In this document: piece after piece, positions 50,233 through 51,625 of the stretch
How the letters are laid out: every line of letters begins with the position of its first letter
Position numbering within the stretch: position 1 is the first letter of the stretch
Assembly: GCA_038496445.1 (NCBI GenBank)
Contig: JALMLS010000029.1
Coordinates: 1-51,625, forward strand
Direction of reading: 5' to 3'
Length of the DNA: 51,625 nt
Source: Trichosphaerium sp. ATCC 40318
Taxonomy: Eukaryota > Protista > Tubulinea
Notes under the pieces: model-generated
What the model saw: only the letters and a program-made list of their open reading frames with translations
Databases searched by the model: none
Told to the model about the DNA's origin: nothing
Program-made: the position numbers and the translations under genes

Positions 50233-51625
50233 TTAGTTCACAAACTTAACACTTCCCTTGTACGTGTTACAATCGAACTGTACAGTAGCTTTACTCCATT
50301 TTCTAACAAAAATACCACTGTCTTTCTCAGTTTCATGACAAACTTCCATAGGTGTTCCATAATCAAGCTTCAATTCGTCTGGGAATGCATAAGGGTTGCC
50401 CGCCGCGCCAGGTGGCTCTGATCCAGTAGAACATCCTTGCCATCCGTACCCAAGCCAAGCATAAGGACCTCTTACCAACAAAAAGCCGGCCATATCTTCT
50501 TCTAATTGAGGTAGATAAGATACATTCCTGTTCGGCATCAAGGTGAACTAAAACAAGTTACTTTTATGTCAGGTTTGAGTATGGTACTTACTAAGTAGTA
50601 GATTGCGTTTGTGTACACATGAGAATCACTACTACATTCAGCTCTGAAGGTAGCTGCACATTTTTCTTTTGTAGGTGTTGAAAAATGGCTGAATTGTTGC
50701 CAGCTCCAGCCGTTATTTGAAGCAATTGCTTCATAAACTTTAGCAACATTCGATTGCCAATTGGTGTAAATGTCAGTCAGGTCCTTTTGATCTAGTCCCA
50801 TGTCAAGTACGCAATAGTAATCCTCTTCGGTGGCACCGCCTAGCATTCAATGAGAACTTACAAAGAAATGGTAGCCAGAAAGAAAGAACTTTTTGAATAA
50901 ACAACAACGTCGTGCCGTATTTGAAATTGTCACATTGATGACGGGTGTTAATGGAGGGTGAATCAGTCCAGCGATCATCTAGAAAGAGCCCAGATATGTG
51001 CTCATTACCGAGAGCTTTTGAGAAATGTTACATCCAACAGGAAAAAAAAAAAAAAGACTTTTCTTGCCTGTTTTGCCAAGAATCACGTGATTTACCAAAT
51101 AATCCGTTAACGTCGTGTTACGATGATCCCAAAGATATTCACCACATGGAACACCACCACAATCGCATGGATCAATACAGGACCCTTCACCGTGAGGATG
51201 GTGAGGTGATTGTTCTTGATCGTGATAAAATTCTGTACATAGTGGCGGATTGTAATTATTGTCGCACTGAGGCACGTGATAGTTATTTTTACCAGAGAAT
51301 TTAAGAAACCATCCTTCGTAAGCTTTATTTGATATTTTACTATTAACGTTGGTATACCATGGGAGAGCTGGGATGCGTGTAAGTTAAAAGACGTTGAAAG
51401 CAAGTCAGTCGGTACCTTTCACGAGATTTCTGTAAACAAAAACTTTCGTTTGGGTTTATTGCCTTCACACGAGCCGCTTGTTCTACCAATAGCTCTTCAC
51501 ATGTCATAGGCTTTCCGTTAACCCATAGGTTTTTCGCATTACTCCAGTCAAAATCAGCTATACCGAATTGGCTGCGAATTTCGCATCAAAGAAGCCAGAA
51601 GTATTACAAGGCATAAAGATAGTTG
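50233..51625 (-). CDS. Uncharacterised Cys-rich protein, possibly glycoside-hydrolase-like (GHL15-like); 5' end lies outside the window
   Basis: Exons GIADFDWSNAK, KVFVYRNLVK, FYHDQEQSP...CDCGGVPCGEYLWDHRN, GLFLDD and FLLVRGPYAWLGYGWQGC; stop at 50233-50235. The function is inferred. Confidence 0.65.

Overview
Eukaryotic, AT-rich genomic DNA, probably from a protist, with many very short (about 40-60 nt) GT-AG introns, so most ORF-track entries are exon fragments or noise. The window is dominated by an array of about nine paralogous genes, plus scraps, encoding type-I membrane proteins: signal peptide, Cys-studded FxxN beta-helix-like ectodomain, variable Pro/Thr stalk, conserved juxtamembrane domain, one TM helix and a short PKLR...PY tail. 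The copies look mosaic, and all carry TCACGTGC upstream of the start. One copy holds, inside a 43-nt intron, a 4.76-kb element with split direct repeats (A1...B1-A2-B2, the PAT/Ngaro tyrosine-recombinase retrotransposon layout). That element's roughly 500-codon ORF is cut by two nested non-autonomous DNA transposons. Also present are a complete tRNA-derived SINE with a 15-bp TSD, a TTAA-flanked Kolobok-like MITE, LINE RT relics, a GNPTAB-like Stealth phosphotransferase, two intronless F-box/LRR genes, a dual-specificity phosphatase, a class I SAM methyltransferase and a partial putative glycoside-hydrolase-like gene. All calls were made by eye without database searches; exon boundaries are approximate.
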